Assembly (NCBI RefSeq): GCF_009914755.1
Contig: NC_060925.1
Origin: the human T2T-CHM13v2.0 reference genome, Homo sapiens
Direction: 5' to 3' (one strand)
DNA: 64,000 nucleotides
This document shows positions 43,501 to 58,109 of the stretch, piece by piece. The notes under the pieces are model-generated. The model had not been told where the DNA came from and did no database searches. It saw only the letters and a program-made list of their open reading frames with translations. The position numbers and the translations under genes were made by a program. Each line of letters begins with the position of its first letter. Within the stretch, counting starts at the first letter, position 1.

Positions 43501-46500
43501 GGAATCGAATGGGATCATCAAATGGAATCAGATGGAATCATCATCAAATGGAATCGAATAGAATTATGGAATGAAATCCAATGTGATCATCATTGAATGG
43601 ACTCGAATGGAATCATCATCCAATGGAAACTAATGGAATCAACATCGAATGGAATCGAATGGAAACACCATCGAATTGAAACGAATAGAATTATCATGAA
43701 ATTGAAATGGATGGACTCATCATCGAATGGATTCGAATGGAATCATCGAATGAAATTGATTGAAATCATCATCAAATGGAATCGAATGGAATCATTGAAT
43801 GGAATCGAATGGAATCATCATCAGATGGTAATGAATGGAATCATCATAGAATGGAATCGAATGGATTCATTGAATGGAGTCAGATGTAATCATCTAATGG
43901 ACTCGAATGGAATCATCGAATGGAATGCAATGGATTAATCCATGGACTCGAATTCAATCACCATCGAATACAATCGAATGGAGTCCTCGAATCGACTCAA
44001 ATGGAATAATCATTGAATGGAATCGAATGGAATCATTGAGTGGAATCGAATGGAATCATGATCAAATGGAATTGAATGTAATCATCATCAAATGGAATCT
44101 AAAATAACCATCATCAATTGGTATTGAATGGAATTGTCATCAAATGGAATTCAAAGGAATCATCATCAAATGGAACCGAATGGAATCCTCATTGAATGGA
44201 AATGAAAGGAGTCATCATCTAATGGAATCGCATGGAATCATCATCAAATGGAATCGAATGGAATCATCATCAAATGGAATCTAATGGAATCATTGAACGG
44301 AATTGAATGGAATCGTCATCGAATGAATTGAATGCAATCAACGAATGGTCTCGAATGGAACCATCTCCAAATGGAATGGAATGGAATCATCGCATAGAAT
44401 CGAATGGAATTATCATCAAATGGACTCGAATGGAATCAACATCAAACGGAATCAAACGGAATTATCGAATGGAATCGAAGAGAATCATCGAACGGACTCG
44501 AATGGAATCATCTAATGGAATGGAATGGAAGAATCCATGGACTCGAATGCAATCATCATCGAATGGAATCGAATGGAATCATCGAATGGACTCGAATGGA
44601 ATAATCATTGAACGGAATCGAATGGAATCATCATCGGATGGAAAAGAATGGAATCATCATCGAATGGAATCGAATGGGATCATCAAATGGAATCAGATGG
44701 AATCATCATCAAATGGAATCGAATAGAATTATGGAATGAAATCCAATGTGATCATCATTGAATGGACTCGAATGGAATCATCATCCAATGGAAACTAATA
44801 GAATCAACATCGAATGGAATCGAATGGAAACACCATCGAATTGAAACGAATGGAATTATCATGAAATTGAAATGGATGGACTCATCATCGAATGGATTCG
44901 AATGGAATCATCGAATGAAATTGATTGAAATCATCATCAAATGGAATCGAAAGGAATCATTGAATGGAATCGAATGGAATCATCATCAGATGGAAATGAA
45001 TGGAATCATCATAGAATGGAATAGCATGGATTCATAGAATGGAATCAGATGGAATCATCGAATGGACTTGAATGGAATCATTGAATGGACTCGAATGGAA
45101 TCATTATTGAATGGAATTGAATAGAATCATCGAATGGTCTCGAATGGAATCATTATCAAATGAAGTCGAATGGAATCACCGAATAGAATCGAATGGAACA
45201 ATCATCGAATGGACTCAAATGGAATTATCCTCAAATGGAATCAAATGGATTTATCGAATGCAATCGAATGGAATTATCGAATGCAATCGAATAGAATCAT
45301 CGAATGGACTCGAATGGAATCATCGAATGGAATGCAATGGATTAATCCATGGACTCGAATTCAATCACCATCGAATACAATCGAATGGAGTCATCGAATC
45401 GACTCAAATGCAATAATCATTGAATGGAATCGAATGGAATCATCGAGTGGAATCGAATGGAATCATGATCAAATGGAATCGAATGTAATCATCATCAAAT
45501 GGAATCAAAAATAAGCATCACGAATTGGTATTGAATGGAATTGTCATCAAATGGAATTCAAAGGAATCATCATCAAATGGAACCGAATGGAATCCTCATT
45601 GAATGGAAATGAAAGGAGTCATCATCTAATGGAATCGCATGGAATCATCATCAAATGGAATCGAATGGAAGCATCATCAAATGGAATCTAATGGAATCAT
45701 TGAACGGAATTGAATGGAATCGTCATCGAATGAATTGAATGCAATCAACGAATGGTCTCGAATGGAACCACCTCCAAATGGAATGGAATGGAATCATCGC
45801 AAAGAATCGAATGGAATTATCATCGAATGGACTCGAATGGAATCAACATCAAACGGAATCAAACGGAATTATCGAATGGAATCGAAGAGAATCATCCAAT
45901 GGACTCGAATGGAGTCATCTAACGGAATGGAATGGAAGAATCCATGGACTCGAATGCAATCATCAGCGAATGGAATCGAATGGAATCATCGAATGGACTC
46001 GAATGGAATAATCATTGAATGGAATCGAATGGAATCATCATCGGATGGAAACGAATGGAATCATCAAATGGAATCAGATGGAATCATCATCAAATGGAAT
46101 CGAATAGAATAATGGAATGAAATCCATTGTGATCATCATCGAATGGACTCGAATGGAATCATCATCCAATGGAAACTAATGGAATCAACATCGAATGGAA
46201 TCGAATGGAAACACCATCGAATTGAAACGAATGTAATTATCATGAAATTGAAATGGATGGACTCATCAACGAATGGATTCGAATGGAATCATCGAATGAA
46301 ATTGATTGAAATCATCATCAAATGGAATCGAATGGAATCATTGAATGGTATCGAATGGAATCATCATCAGATGGAAATGAATGGAATCATCATAGAGTGG
46401 AATCGAATGGATTCATTGAATGGAATCAGATGGAATCATCGAATGGACTTGAATGGAATCATTGAATGGACTCGAATGGAATCATTATTGAATGGAATTG

Positions 46501-49500
46501 AATGGAATCATCGAATGGTCTCGAAAGGAATCATTATCAAATGGAATCGAATGGAATCACCGAATAGAATCGAATGGATCAATCATCGAATGGACTCAAA
46601 TGGAATTAACCTCAAATGGAATCGAATGGAATTATCGAATGCAATCGAATGGAATAATCGAATGCAATCGAATAGAATCATCGAATGGACTTGAAAGGAA
46701 TCATCGATTGAAACGGAATGGAATAGTCAATGAAATCGAATGGAAACATCATTGAATGGAATCATCGAGTGGAATCGAATGGAATCATGATCAAACGAAA
46801 TCGAAAGTAATCATCATCAAATGGAATCAAAAATAACCATCATCAATTGGTATTGAATGGAATTGTCATCAAACGGAATTCAAAGGAATCATCATCAAAT
46901 GGAACCGAATGGAATCCTCATTGAATGGAAATGAAAGGAGTCATCATCTAATGGAATCGCATGGAATCATCATCAAATGGAATCGAATGGTATCAACATC
47001 AAATGGAATCTAATGGAATCATTGAACGGAATTGAATGGAATCGTCATCGAATGAATTGAATGCAATCAAGGAATGGTCTCGAATGGAACCATCTCCAAA
47101 TGGAATGCAGTGGAATCATCACATAGAATCGAATGGAATTATCATCGAATGGACTCGAATGGAATCAACATCAAACGGAATCAAATGGAATTATCGAATG
47201 GAATCGAAAAGAATCATCGAACGGACTCGAATGGAATCATCTAATGGAATGGAATGGAAGAATCCATGGACTCGAATGCAATCATCATCGAATGGAATCG
47301 AATGGAATCATCGAATGTACTCGAATGGAATAATCATTGAACGGAATCGAATGGAATCATCATCGGATGGAAACGAATGGAATCATCAAATGGAATCAGA
47401 TGGAATCATCATCAAATGGAATCGAATAGAATTATGGAATGAAATCCATTGTGATCATCATCGAATGGACTCGAATGGAATCATCATCCAATGGAAACTA
47501 ATGGAATCAACATCGAATGGAATCGAATGGAAACACCATCGAATTGAAACGAATGGATTTATCATGAAATTGAAATGGATGGACTCATCATCGAATGGAT
47601 TCGAATGGAATCATCGAATGAAATTGATTGAAATCATCATCAAATGGAATCGAATGGAATCATTGAATGGAATAGAATGGAATCATCATCAGATGGAAAT
47701 GAATGGAATCATCATAGAATGGAATCGAATGGATTCATTGAATGGAATCAGATGTAATCATCGAATGGACTTGAATGGAATCATTGAATGGACTCGAATG
47801 GAATCATTATTGAATGGAATTGAATGGAATCATCGAATGGTCTCGAATGGAATCATTATCAAAAGGAATCGAATGGAATCACCGAATAGAATCGAATGGA
47901 ACAATCATCGAATGGACTCAAATGGAATTATCCTCAAATGGAATCGAATGGAATTATCGAATGCAATCGAATGGAATAATCGAATGCATTCGAATAGAAT
48001 CATCGAATGGTCTTGAAAGGAATCATCGATTGAAATGGAATGGAATAGTCAATGAACACGAATGGAATCATCATTGAATGGAATCATCGAGTGGAATCGA
48101 ATGGAATCATGATCAAATGGAATGGAAAGTAATCATCATCAAATGGAATCAAAAATAACCATCATCAATTGGTATTGAATGGAATTGTCATCAAACGGAA
48201 TTCAAAGGAATCATCATCAAATGGAACCGAATGGAATCCTCATTGAATGGAAATGAAAGGAGTCATCATCTAATGGAATCGCATGGAATCATCATCAAAT
48301 GGAATCGAATGGAATCATCATCAAATGGAATCTAATGGAATCATTGAACGGAATTGAATGGAATCGTCATCGAATGAATTGAATGCCATCAACGAATGGT
48401 CTCGAATGGAACCATCTCCAAATGGAAAGGAATGGAATCATCGCATAGAATCGAATGGAATTATCATCGAATGGACTCGAATGGAATCAACATCAAACGG
48501 AATCAAACGGAATTATCGAATGGAATCGAAGAGAATCATCGAACGGACTCGAATGGAATCATCTAATGGAATGGAATGGAAGAATCCATGGACTCGAATG
48601 CAATCATCATCGAATGGAATCGAATGGAATCATCGAATGGACTCGAATGGAATAATCATTGAACGGAATCGAATGGAGTCATCATCGGATGGAAACGAAT
48701 GGAATCATCATCGAATGGAATCGAATGGGATCATCAAATGGAATCAGATGGAATCATCATCAAATGGAATCGAATAGAATTATGGAATGAAATCCAATGT
48801 GATCATCATTGAATGGACTCGAATGGAATCATCATCCAATGGAAACTAATGGAATCAACATCGAATGGAATCGAATGGAAACACCATCGAATTGAAACGA
48901 ATGGAATTATCATGAAATAGAAATGGATGGACTCATCATCGAATGGATTCGAATGGAATCATCGAATGAAATTGATTGAAATCATCATCAAATGGAATCG
49001 AAAGGAATCATTGAATGGAATTGAATGGAATCATCATCAGATGGAAATGAATGGAATCATCATAGAATGGAATCGCATGGATTCATTGAATGGAATCAGA
49101 TGGAATCATCGAATGGACTTGAATGGAATCGTTGAATGGACTCGAATGGAATCATTATTGAATGGAATTGAATAGAATCATCGAATGGTCTCGAATGGAA
49201 TCATTATCAAATGAAGTCGAATGGAATCACCGAATAGAATCGAATGGAACAATCATCGAATGGACTCAAATGGAATTATCCTCAAATAGAATCAAATGGA
49301 TTTATCGAATGCAATCGAATGGAATTATCGAATGCAATCGAATAGAATCATCGAATGGACTCGAATGGAATCATCGAATGGAATGCAATGGATTAATCCA
49401 TGGACTCGAATTCAATCACCATCGAATACAATCGAATGGAGTCCTCGAATCGACTCAAATGGAATAATCATTGAATGGAATCGAATGGAATCATCGAGTG

Positions 49501-52500
49501 GAATCGAATGGAATCATGATCAAATGGAATCGAATGTAATCATCATCAAATGGAATCTAAAATAACCATCATCAATTGGTATTGAATGGAATTGTCATCA
49601 AATGGAATTCAAAGGAATCATCATCAAATGGAACCGAATGGAATCCTCATTGAATGGAAATGAAAGGAGTCATCATCTAATGGAATCGCATGGAATCATC
49701 ATCAAATGGAATCGAATGGAATCATCATCAAATGGAATCTAATGGAATCATTGAACGGAATTGAATGGAATCGTCATCGAATGAATTGAATGCAATCAAC
49801 GAATGGTCTCGAAAGGAACCACCTCCAAAAGAAATGGAATGGAATCATCGCAAAGAATCGAATGGAATTATCATCGAATGGACTCGAATGGAATCAACAT
49901 CAAACGGAATCAAACGGAATTATCGAATGGAATCGAAGAGAATCATCGAATGGACTCGTATGGAATCATCTAATGGAATGGAATGGAAGAATCCATGGAC
50001 TCGAATGCAATCATCAGCGAATGGAATCGAATGGAATCATCGAATGGACTCGAATGGAATAATCATTGAATGGAATCGAATGGAATCATCATCGGATGGA
50101 AACGAATGGAATCATCAAATGGAATCAGATGGAATCATCATCAAATGGAATCGAATAGAATTATGGAATGAAATCCATTGTGATCATCATCGAATGGACT
50201 CGAATGGAATCATCATCCAATGGAAACTAATGGAATCAACATCGAATGGAATCGAATGGAAACACCATCGAATTGAAACGAATGTAATTATCATGAAATT
50301 GAAATGGATGGACTCATCAACGAATAGATTCGAATGGAATCATCGAATGAAATTGATTGAAATCATCATCAAATGGAATCGAATGGAATCATTGAATGGA
50401 ATCGAATGGAATCATCATCAGATGGAAATGAATGGAATCATCATAGAATGGAATCGAATGGATTCATTGAATGGAATCAGATGTAATCATCGAATGGACT
50501 CGAATGGAATCATCGAATGGAATGCAATGGATTAATCCATGGACTCGAATTCAATCACCATCGAATACAATCGAATGGAGTCCTCGAATCGACTCAAATG
50601 GAATAATCATTGAATGGAATCGAATGGAATCATCGAGTGGAATCGAATGGAATCATGATCAAATGGAATTGAATGTAATCATCATCAAATGGAATCTAAA
50701 ATAACCATCATCAATTGGTATTGAATGGAATTGTCATCAAATGGAATTCAAAGGAATCATCATCAAATGGAACCGAATGGAATCCTCATTGAATGGAAAT
50801 GAAAGGAGTCATCATCTAATGGAATCGCATGGAATCATCATCAAATGGAATCGAATGGAATCATCATCAAATGGAATCTAATGGAATCTTTGAACGGAAT
50901 TGAATGGAATCGTCATCGAATGAATTGAATGCAATCAACGAATGGTCTCGAATGGAACCATCTCCAAATGGAATGGAATGGAATCATCGCATAGAATCGA
51001 ATGGAATTATCATCAAATGGACTCGAATGGAATCAACATCAAACGGAATCAAACGGAATTATCGAATGGAATCGAAGAGAATCATCGAACGGACTCGAAT
51101 GGAATCATCTAATGGAATGGAATGGAAGAATCCATGGACTCGAATGCAATCATCATCGAATGGAATCGAATGGAATCATCGAATGGACTCGAATGGAATA
51201 ATCATTGAACGGAATCGAATGGAGTCATCATCGGATGGAAACGAATGGAATCATCATCGAATGGAATCGAATGGGATCATCAAATGGAATCAGATGGAAT
51301 CATCATCAAATGGAATCGAATAGAATTATGGAATGAAATCCAATGTGATCATCATTGAATGGACTCGAATGGAATCATCATCCAATGGAAACTAATGGAA
51401 TCAACATCGAATGGAATCGAATGGAAACACCATCGAATTGAAACGAATGGAATTATCATGAAATAGAAATGGATGGACTCATCATCGAATGGATTCGAAT
51501 GGAATCATCGAATGAAATTGATTGAAATCATCATCAAATGGAATCGAAAGGAATCATTGAATGGAATCGAATGGAATCATCATCAGATGGAAATGAATGG
51601 AATCATCATAGAATGGAATCGCATGGATTCATTGAATGGAATCAGATGGAATCATCGAATGGACTTGAATGGAATCGTTGAATGGACTCGAATGGAATCA
51701 TTATTGAATGGAATTGAATAGAATCATCGAATGGTCTCGAATGGAATCATTATCAAATGAAGTCGAATGGAATCACCGAATAGAATCGAATGGAACAATC
51801 ATCGAATGGACTCAAATGGAATTATCCTCAAATGGAATCAAATGGATTTATCGAATGCAATCGAATGGAATTATCGAATGCAATCGAATAGAATCATCGA
51901 ATGGACTCGAATGGAATCATCGAATGGAATGCAATGGATTAATCCATGGACTCGAATTCAATCACCATCGAATACAATCGAATGGAGTCATTGAATCGAC
52001 TCAAGTGGAATAATCATTGAATGGAATCGAATGGAATCATCGAGTGGAATCGAATGGAATCATGATCAAATGGAATCGAATGTAATCCTCATCAAATGGA
52101 ATCTAAAATAACCATCATCAATTGGTATTGAATGGAATTGTCATCAAATGGAATTCAAAGGAATCATCATCAAATGGAACCGAATGGAATCCTCATTGAA
52201 TGGAAATGAAAGGAGTCATCATCTAATGGAATCGCATGGAATCATCATCAAATGGAATCGAATGGAATCATCATCAAATGGAATCTAATGGAATCATTGA
52301 ACGGAATTGAATGGAATCGTCATCGAATGAATTGAATGTAATCAACGAATGGTCTCGAATGGAACCACCTCCAAATGGAATGGAATGGAATCATCGCAAA
52401 GAATCGAATGGAATTATCATCGAATGGACTCGAATGGAATCAACATCAAACGGAATCAAACGGAGTTATCGAATGGAATCGAAGAGAATCATCGAATGGA

Positions 52501-55500
52501 CTCGAATGGAATCATCTAATGGAATGGAATGGAAGAATCCATGGACTCGAATGCAATCATCAGCGAATGGAATCGAATGGAATCATCGAATGGACTCGAA
52601 TGGAATAATCATTGAATGGAATCGAATGGAATCATCATCGGATGGAAACGAATGGAATCATCAAATGGAATCAGATGGAATCATCATCAAATGGAATCGA
52701 ATAGAATTATGGAATGAAATCCATTGTGATCATCATCGAATGGACTCGAATGGAATCATCATCCAATGGAAACTAATGGAATCAACATCGAATGGAATCG
52801 AATGGAAACACCATCGAATTGAAACGAATGTAATTATCATGAAATTGAAATGGATGGACTCATCAACGAATAGATTCGAATGGAATCATCGAATGAAATT
52901 GATTGAAATCATCATCAAATGGAATCGAATGGAATCATTGAATGGAATCGAATGGAATCATCATCAGATGGAAATGAATGGAATCATCATAGAATGGAAT
53001 CGAATGGATTCATTGAATGGAATCAGATGTAATCATCGAATGGACTCGAATGGAATCATCGAATGGAATGCAATGGATTAATCCATGGACTCGAATTCAA
53101 TCACCATCGAATACAATCGAATGGAGTCCTCGAATCGACTCAAATGGAATAATCATTGAATGGAATCGAATGGAATCATCGAGTGGAATCGAATGGAATC
53201 ATGATCAAATGGAATTGAATGTAATCATCATCAAATGGAATCTAAAATAACCATCATCAATTGGTATTGAATGGAATTGTCATCAAATGGAATTCAAAGG
53301 AATCATCATCAAATGGAACCGAATGGAATCCTCATTGAATGGAAATGAAAGGAGTCATCATCTAATGGAATCGCATGGAATCATCATCAAATGGAATCGA
53401 ATGGAATCATCATCAAATGGAATCTAATGGAATCATTGAAAGGAATTGAATGGAATCGTCATCGAATGAATTGAATGCAATCAACGAATGGTCTCGAATG
53501 GAACCATCTCCAAATGGAATGGAATGGAATCATCGCATAGAATCGAATGGAATTATCATCAAATGGACTCGAATGGAATCAACATCAAACGGAATCAAAC
53601 GGAATTATCGAATGGAATCGAAGAGAATCATCAAACGGACTCGAATGGAATCATCTAATGGAATGGAATGGAAGAATCCATGGACTCGAATGCAATCATC
53701 ATCGAATGGAATCGAATGGAATCATCGAATGGACTCGAATGGAATAATCATTGAACGGAATCGAATGGAATCATCATCGGATGGAAACGAATGGAATCAT
53801 CATCGAATGGAATCGAATGGGATCATCAAATGGAATCAGATGGAATCATCATCAAATGGAATCGAATAGAATTATGGAATGAAATCCAATGTGATCATCA
53901 TTGAATGGACTCGAATGGAATCATCATCCAATGGAAACTAATGGAATCAACATCGAATGGAATCGAATGGAAACACCATCGAATTGAAACGAATGGAATT
54001 ATCATGAAATTGAAATGGATGGACTCATCATCGAATGGATTCGAATGGAATCATCGAATGAAATTGATTGAAATCATCATCAAATGGAATCGAAAGGAAT
54101 CATTGAATGTAATCGAATGGAATCATCTTCAGATGGAAATGAATGGAATCATCATAGAATGGAATAGCATGGATTCATAGAATGGAATCAGATGGAATCA
54201 TCGAATGGACTTGAATGGAATCATTGAATGGACTCGAATGGAATCATTATTGAATGGAATTGAATAGAATCATCGAATGGTCTCGAATGGAATCATTATC
54301 AAATGAAGTCGAATGGAATCACCGAATAGAATCGAATGGAACAATCATCGAATGGACTCAAATGGAATTATCCTCAAATGGAATCAAATGGATTTATCGA
54401 ATGCAATCGAATGGAATTATCGAATGCAATCGAATAGAATCATCGAATGGACTCGAATGGAATCATCGAATGGAATGCAATGGATTAATCCATGGACTCG
54501 AATTCAATCACCATCGAATACAATCGAATGGAGTCATTGAATCGACTCAAATGGAATAATCATTGAATGGAATCGAATGGAATCATCGAGTGGAATCGAA
54601 TGGAATCATGATCAAATGGAATCGAATGTAATCCTCATCAAATGGAATCTAAAATAACCATCATCAATTGGTGTTGAATGGAATTGTCATCAAATGGAAT
54701 TCAAAGGAATCATCATCAAATGGAACCGAATGGAATCCTCATTGAATGGAAATGAAAGGAGTCATCATCTAATGGAATCGCATGGAATCATCATCAAATG
54801 GAATCGAATGGAATCATCATCAAATGGAATCTAATGGAATCATTGAACGGAATTGAATGGAATCGTCATCGAATGAATTGAATGCAATCAACGAATGGTC
54901 TCGAATGGAACCACCTCCAAATGGAATGGAATGGAATCATCGCATAGAGTCGAATGGAATTATCATCGAATGGACTCGAATGGAATCAACATCAAACGGA
55001 ATCAAACGGAATTATCGAATGGAATCGAAGAGAATCATCGAATGGACTCGAATGGAATCATCTAATGGAATGGAATGGAAGAATCCATGGACTCGAATGC
55101 AATCATCAGCGAATGGAATCGAATGGAATCATCGAATGGACTCGAATGGAATAATCATTGAACGGAATCGAATGGAATCATCATCAAATGGAATCTAATG
55201 GAATCATTGAACGGAATTGAATGGAATCGTCATCGAATGAATTGAATGCCATCAACGAATGGTCTCGAATGGAACCATCTCCAAATGGAATGGAATGGAA
55301 TCATCGCATAGAATCGAATGGAATTATCATCGAATGGACTCGAATGGAATCAACATCAAACGGAATCAAACGGAATTATCGAATGGAATCGAAGAGAATC
55401 ATCGAACGGACTCGAATGGAATCATCTAATGGAATGGAATGGAAGAATCCATGGACTCGAATGCAATCATCATCGAATGGAATCGAATGGAATCATCGAA

Positions 55501-58109
55501 TGGACTCGAATGGAATAATCATTGAACGGAATCGAATGGAGTCATCATCGGATGGAAACGAATGGAATCATCATCGAATGGAATCGAATGGGATCATCAA
55601 ATGGAATCAGATGGAATCATCATCAAATGGAATCGAATAGAATTATGGAATGAAATCCAATGTGATCATCATTGAATGGACTCGAATGGAATCATCATCC
55701 AATGGAAACTAATGGAATCAACATCGAATGGAATCGAATGGAAACACCATCGAATTGAAACGAAAGGAATTATCATGAAATAGAAATGGATGGACTCATC
55801 ATCGAATGGATTCGAATGGAATCATCGAATGAAATTGATTGAAATCATCATCAAATGGAATCGAAAGGAATCATTGAATGGAATTGAACGGAATCATCAT
55901 CAGATGGAAATGAATGGAATCATCATAGAATGGAATCGCATGGATTCATTGAATGGAATCAGATGGAATCATCGAATGGACTTGAATGGAATCGTTGAAT
56001 GGACTCGAATGGAATCATTATTGAATGGAATTGAATAGAATCATCGAATGGTCTCGAATGGAATCATTATCAAATGAAGTCGAATGGAATCACCGAATAG
56101 AATCGAATGGAACAATCATCGAATGGACTCAAATGGAATTATCCTCAAATGGAATCAAATGGATTTATCGAATGCAATCGAATGGAATTATCGAATGCAA
56201 TCGAATAGAATCATCGAATGGACTCGAATGGAATCATCGAATGGAATGCAATGGATTAATCCATGGACTCGAATTCAATCACCATCGAATACAATTGAAT
56301 GGAGTCATTGAATCGACTCAAATGGAATAATCATTGAATGGAATCGAATGGAATCATCGAGTGGAATCGAATGGAATCATGATCAAATGGAATCGAATGT
56401 AATCATCATCAAATGGAATCTAAAATAACCATCATCAATTGGTATTGAATGGAATTGTCATCAAATGGAATTCAAAGGAATCATCATCAAATGGAACCGA
56501 ATGGAATCCTCATTGAATGGAAATGAAAGGAGTCATCATCTAATGGAATCGCATGGAATCATCATCAAATGGAATCGAATGGAATCATCATCAAATGGAA
56601 TCTAATGGAATCATTGAACGGAATTGAATGGAATCGTCATCGAATGAATTGAATGTAATCAACGAATGGTCTCGAATGGAACCACCTCCAAATGGAATGG
56701 AATGGAATCATCGCAAAGAATCGAATGGAATTATCATCGAATGGACTCGAATGGAATCAACATCAAACGGAATCAAACGGAGTTATCGAATGGAATCGAA
56801 GAGAATCATCGAATGGACTCGAATGGAATCATCTAATGGAATGGAATGGAAGAATCCATGGACTCGAATGCAATCATCAGCGAATGGAATCGAATGGAAT
56901 CATCGAATGGACTCGAATGGAATAATCATTGAATGGAATCGAATGGAATCATCATCGGATGGAAACGAATGGAATCATCAAATGGAATCAGATGGAATCA
57001 TCATGAAATGGAATCGAATAGAATTATGGAATGAAATCCATTGTGATCATCATCGAATGGACTCGAATGGAATCATCATCCAATGGAAACTAATGGAATC
57101 AACATCGAATGGAATCGAATGGAAACACCATCGAATTGAAACGAATGTAATTATCATGAAATTGAAATGGATGGACTCATCAACGAATAGATTCGAATGG
57201 AATCATCGAATGAAATTGATTGAAATCATCATCAAATGGAATCGAATGGAATCATTGAATGGAATCGAATGGAATCATCATCAGATGGAAATGAATGGAA
57301 TCATCATAGAATGGAATCGAATGGATTCATTGAATGGAATCAGATGTAATCATCGAATGGACTCGAATGGAATCATCGAATGGAATGCAATGGATTAATC
57401 CATGGACTCGAATTCAATCACCATCGAATACAATCGAATGGAGTCCTCGAATCGACTCAAATGGAATAATCATTGAATGGAATCGAATGGAATCATCGAG
57501 TGGAATCGAATGGAATCATGATCAAATGGAATTGAATGTAATCATCATCAAATGGAATCTAAAATAACCATCATCAATTGGTATTGAATGGAATTGTCAT
57601 CAAATGGAATTCAAAGGAATCATCATCAAATGGAACCGAATGGAATCCTCATTGAATGGAAATGAAAGGAGTCATCATCTAATGGAATCGCATGGAATCA
57701 TCATCAAATGGAATCGAATGGAATCATGATCAAATGGAATCTAATGGAATCATTGAACGGAATTGAATGGAATCGTCATCGAATGAATTGAATGCAATCA
57801 ACGAATGGTCTCGAATGGAACCACCTACAAATGGAATGGAATGGAATCATCGCATAGAATCGAATGGAATTATCATCAAATGGACTCGAATGGAATCAAC
57901 ATCAAACGGAATCAAACGGAATTATCGAATGGAATCGAAGAGAATCATCGAACGGACTCGAATGGAATCATCTAATGGAATGGAATGGAAGAATCCATGG
58001 ACTCGAATGCAATCATCATCGAATGGAATCGAATGGAATCATCGAATGGACTCGAATGGAATAATCATTGAACGGAATCGAATGGAATCATCATCGGATG
58101 GAAACGAAT

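Noticed and set aside
47036-48016. Longest ORF (326 aa) and all other ORFs (MESSSNGIEWNHRM-type peptides)
   Set aside because: These are low-complexity translations of GGAAT/ATC repeats that occur in several overlapping frames and repeat with the satellite period. Stops arise freely in paralogous copies, and I recognise no protein domain. There is no evidence of coding function.
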